Below are positions 63,709 through 64,000 of a DNA stretch of 64,000 nucleotides, piece by piece; position 1 is the stretch's first letter; the number at the start of each line of letters is the position of its first letter. The notes under the pieces were generated by a model, which saw only the letters and a list, made by a program, of their open reading frames with translations, was not told where the DNA came from and searched no databases. This DNA is from Octopus bimaculoides (Eukaryota), in contig NC_068988.1 in NCBI RefSeq assembly GCF_001194135.2, forward strand, positions 95,908,653 to 95,972,652. Reading direction: 5' to 3'. Both the position numbers and the translations under genes were made by a program.

Positions 63709-64000
63709 GAATTAAACAAGCAAGCGTTTCCCGCTCAATTCATTCTCTTTCTCGCTGGCCAGCGATTGAGCAAGGACGTGTGTTTAAAGCTGTCTCTACA
63801 TCTTTCGGTCTTATACTCGACAGCTCGTTATTCTCACCTCTAAAGATGTATAACTAAAAGATATGCATGTTTATCACCTAAATAAATGTTGTTTGAGTTG
63901 TTTAGTCTGGAGTTCAGCGTTCCGTCTATTTCTTTAATTTTATAGTAGAAAGTCAGGTATACAATCTAAAGATGTATAACCCACTTTCTACTAAAATATG

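Overview
This is animal genomic DNA, not prokaryotic: AT-rich, dense in microsatellites, and broken by about 20 N-gaps (roughly 7.5 kb). The SINE types and repeat landscape are most consistent with an octopus short-read scaffold; this is an inference and no database search was run. No complete protein-coding gene, rRNA, intact tRNA or CRISPR array is supported, and nearly all ORF-track entries are microsatellite or N-gap artefacts. The window reads as intronic or intergenic sequence filled with decayed mobile DNA. It holds about 18 tRNA-derived SINE copies in three families (two with target-site duplications), R4/Dong-type, L1/Tx1, CR1/L2 and RTE retrotransposon relics, and Penelope-like GIY-YIG fragments. 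DNA transposon remnants include a DD37D maT mariner, a hAT (Buster/Charlie-like) relic, two Helentron-type non-autonomous elements, a Helitron 3' end and MITE-like inverted repeats. A few orphan candidate exons have good splice signals but no recognisable product. The most interesting signals are a hammerhead-ribozyme-like motif with an intact core (61241-61313, minus strand) plus several decayed ones, a ~210-bp fold-back hairpin (9914-10122), a MITE-like element whose inverted repeats carry octamer plus CCAAT motifs (55105-55670), and a block-conserved duplication resembling a 3' splice site (52732/58427). I found no convincing wholly new biological system.
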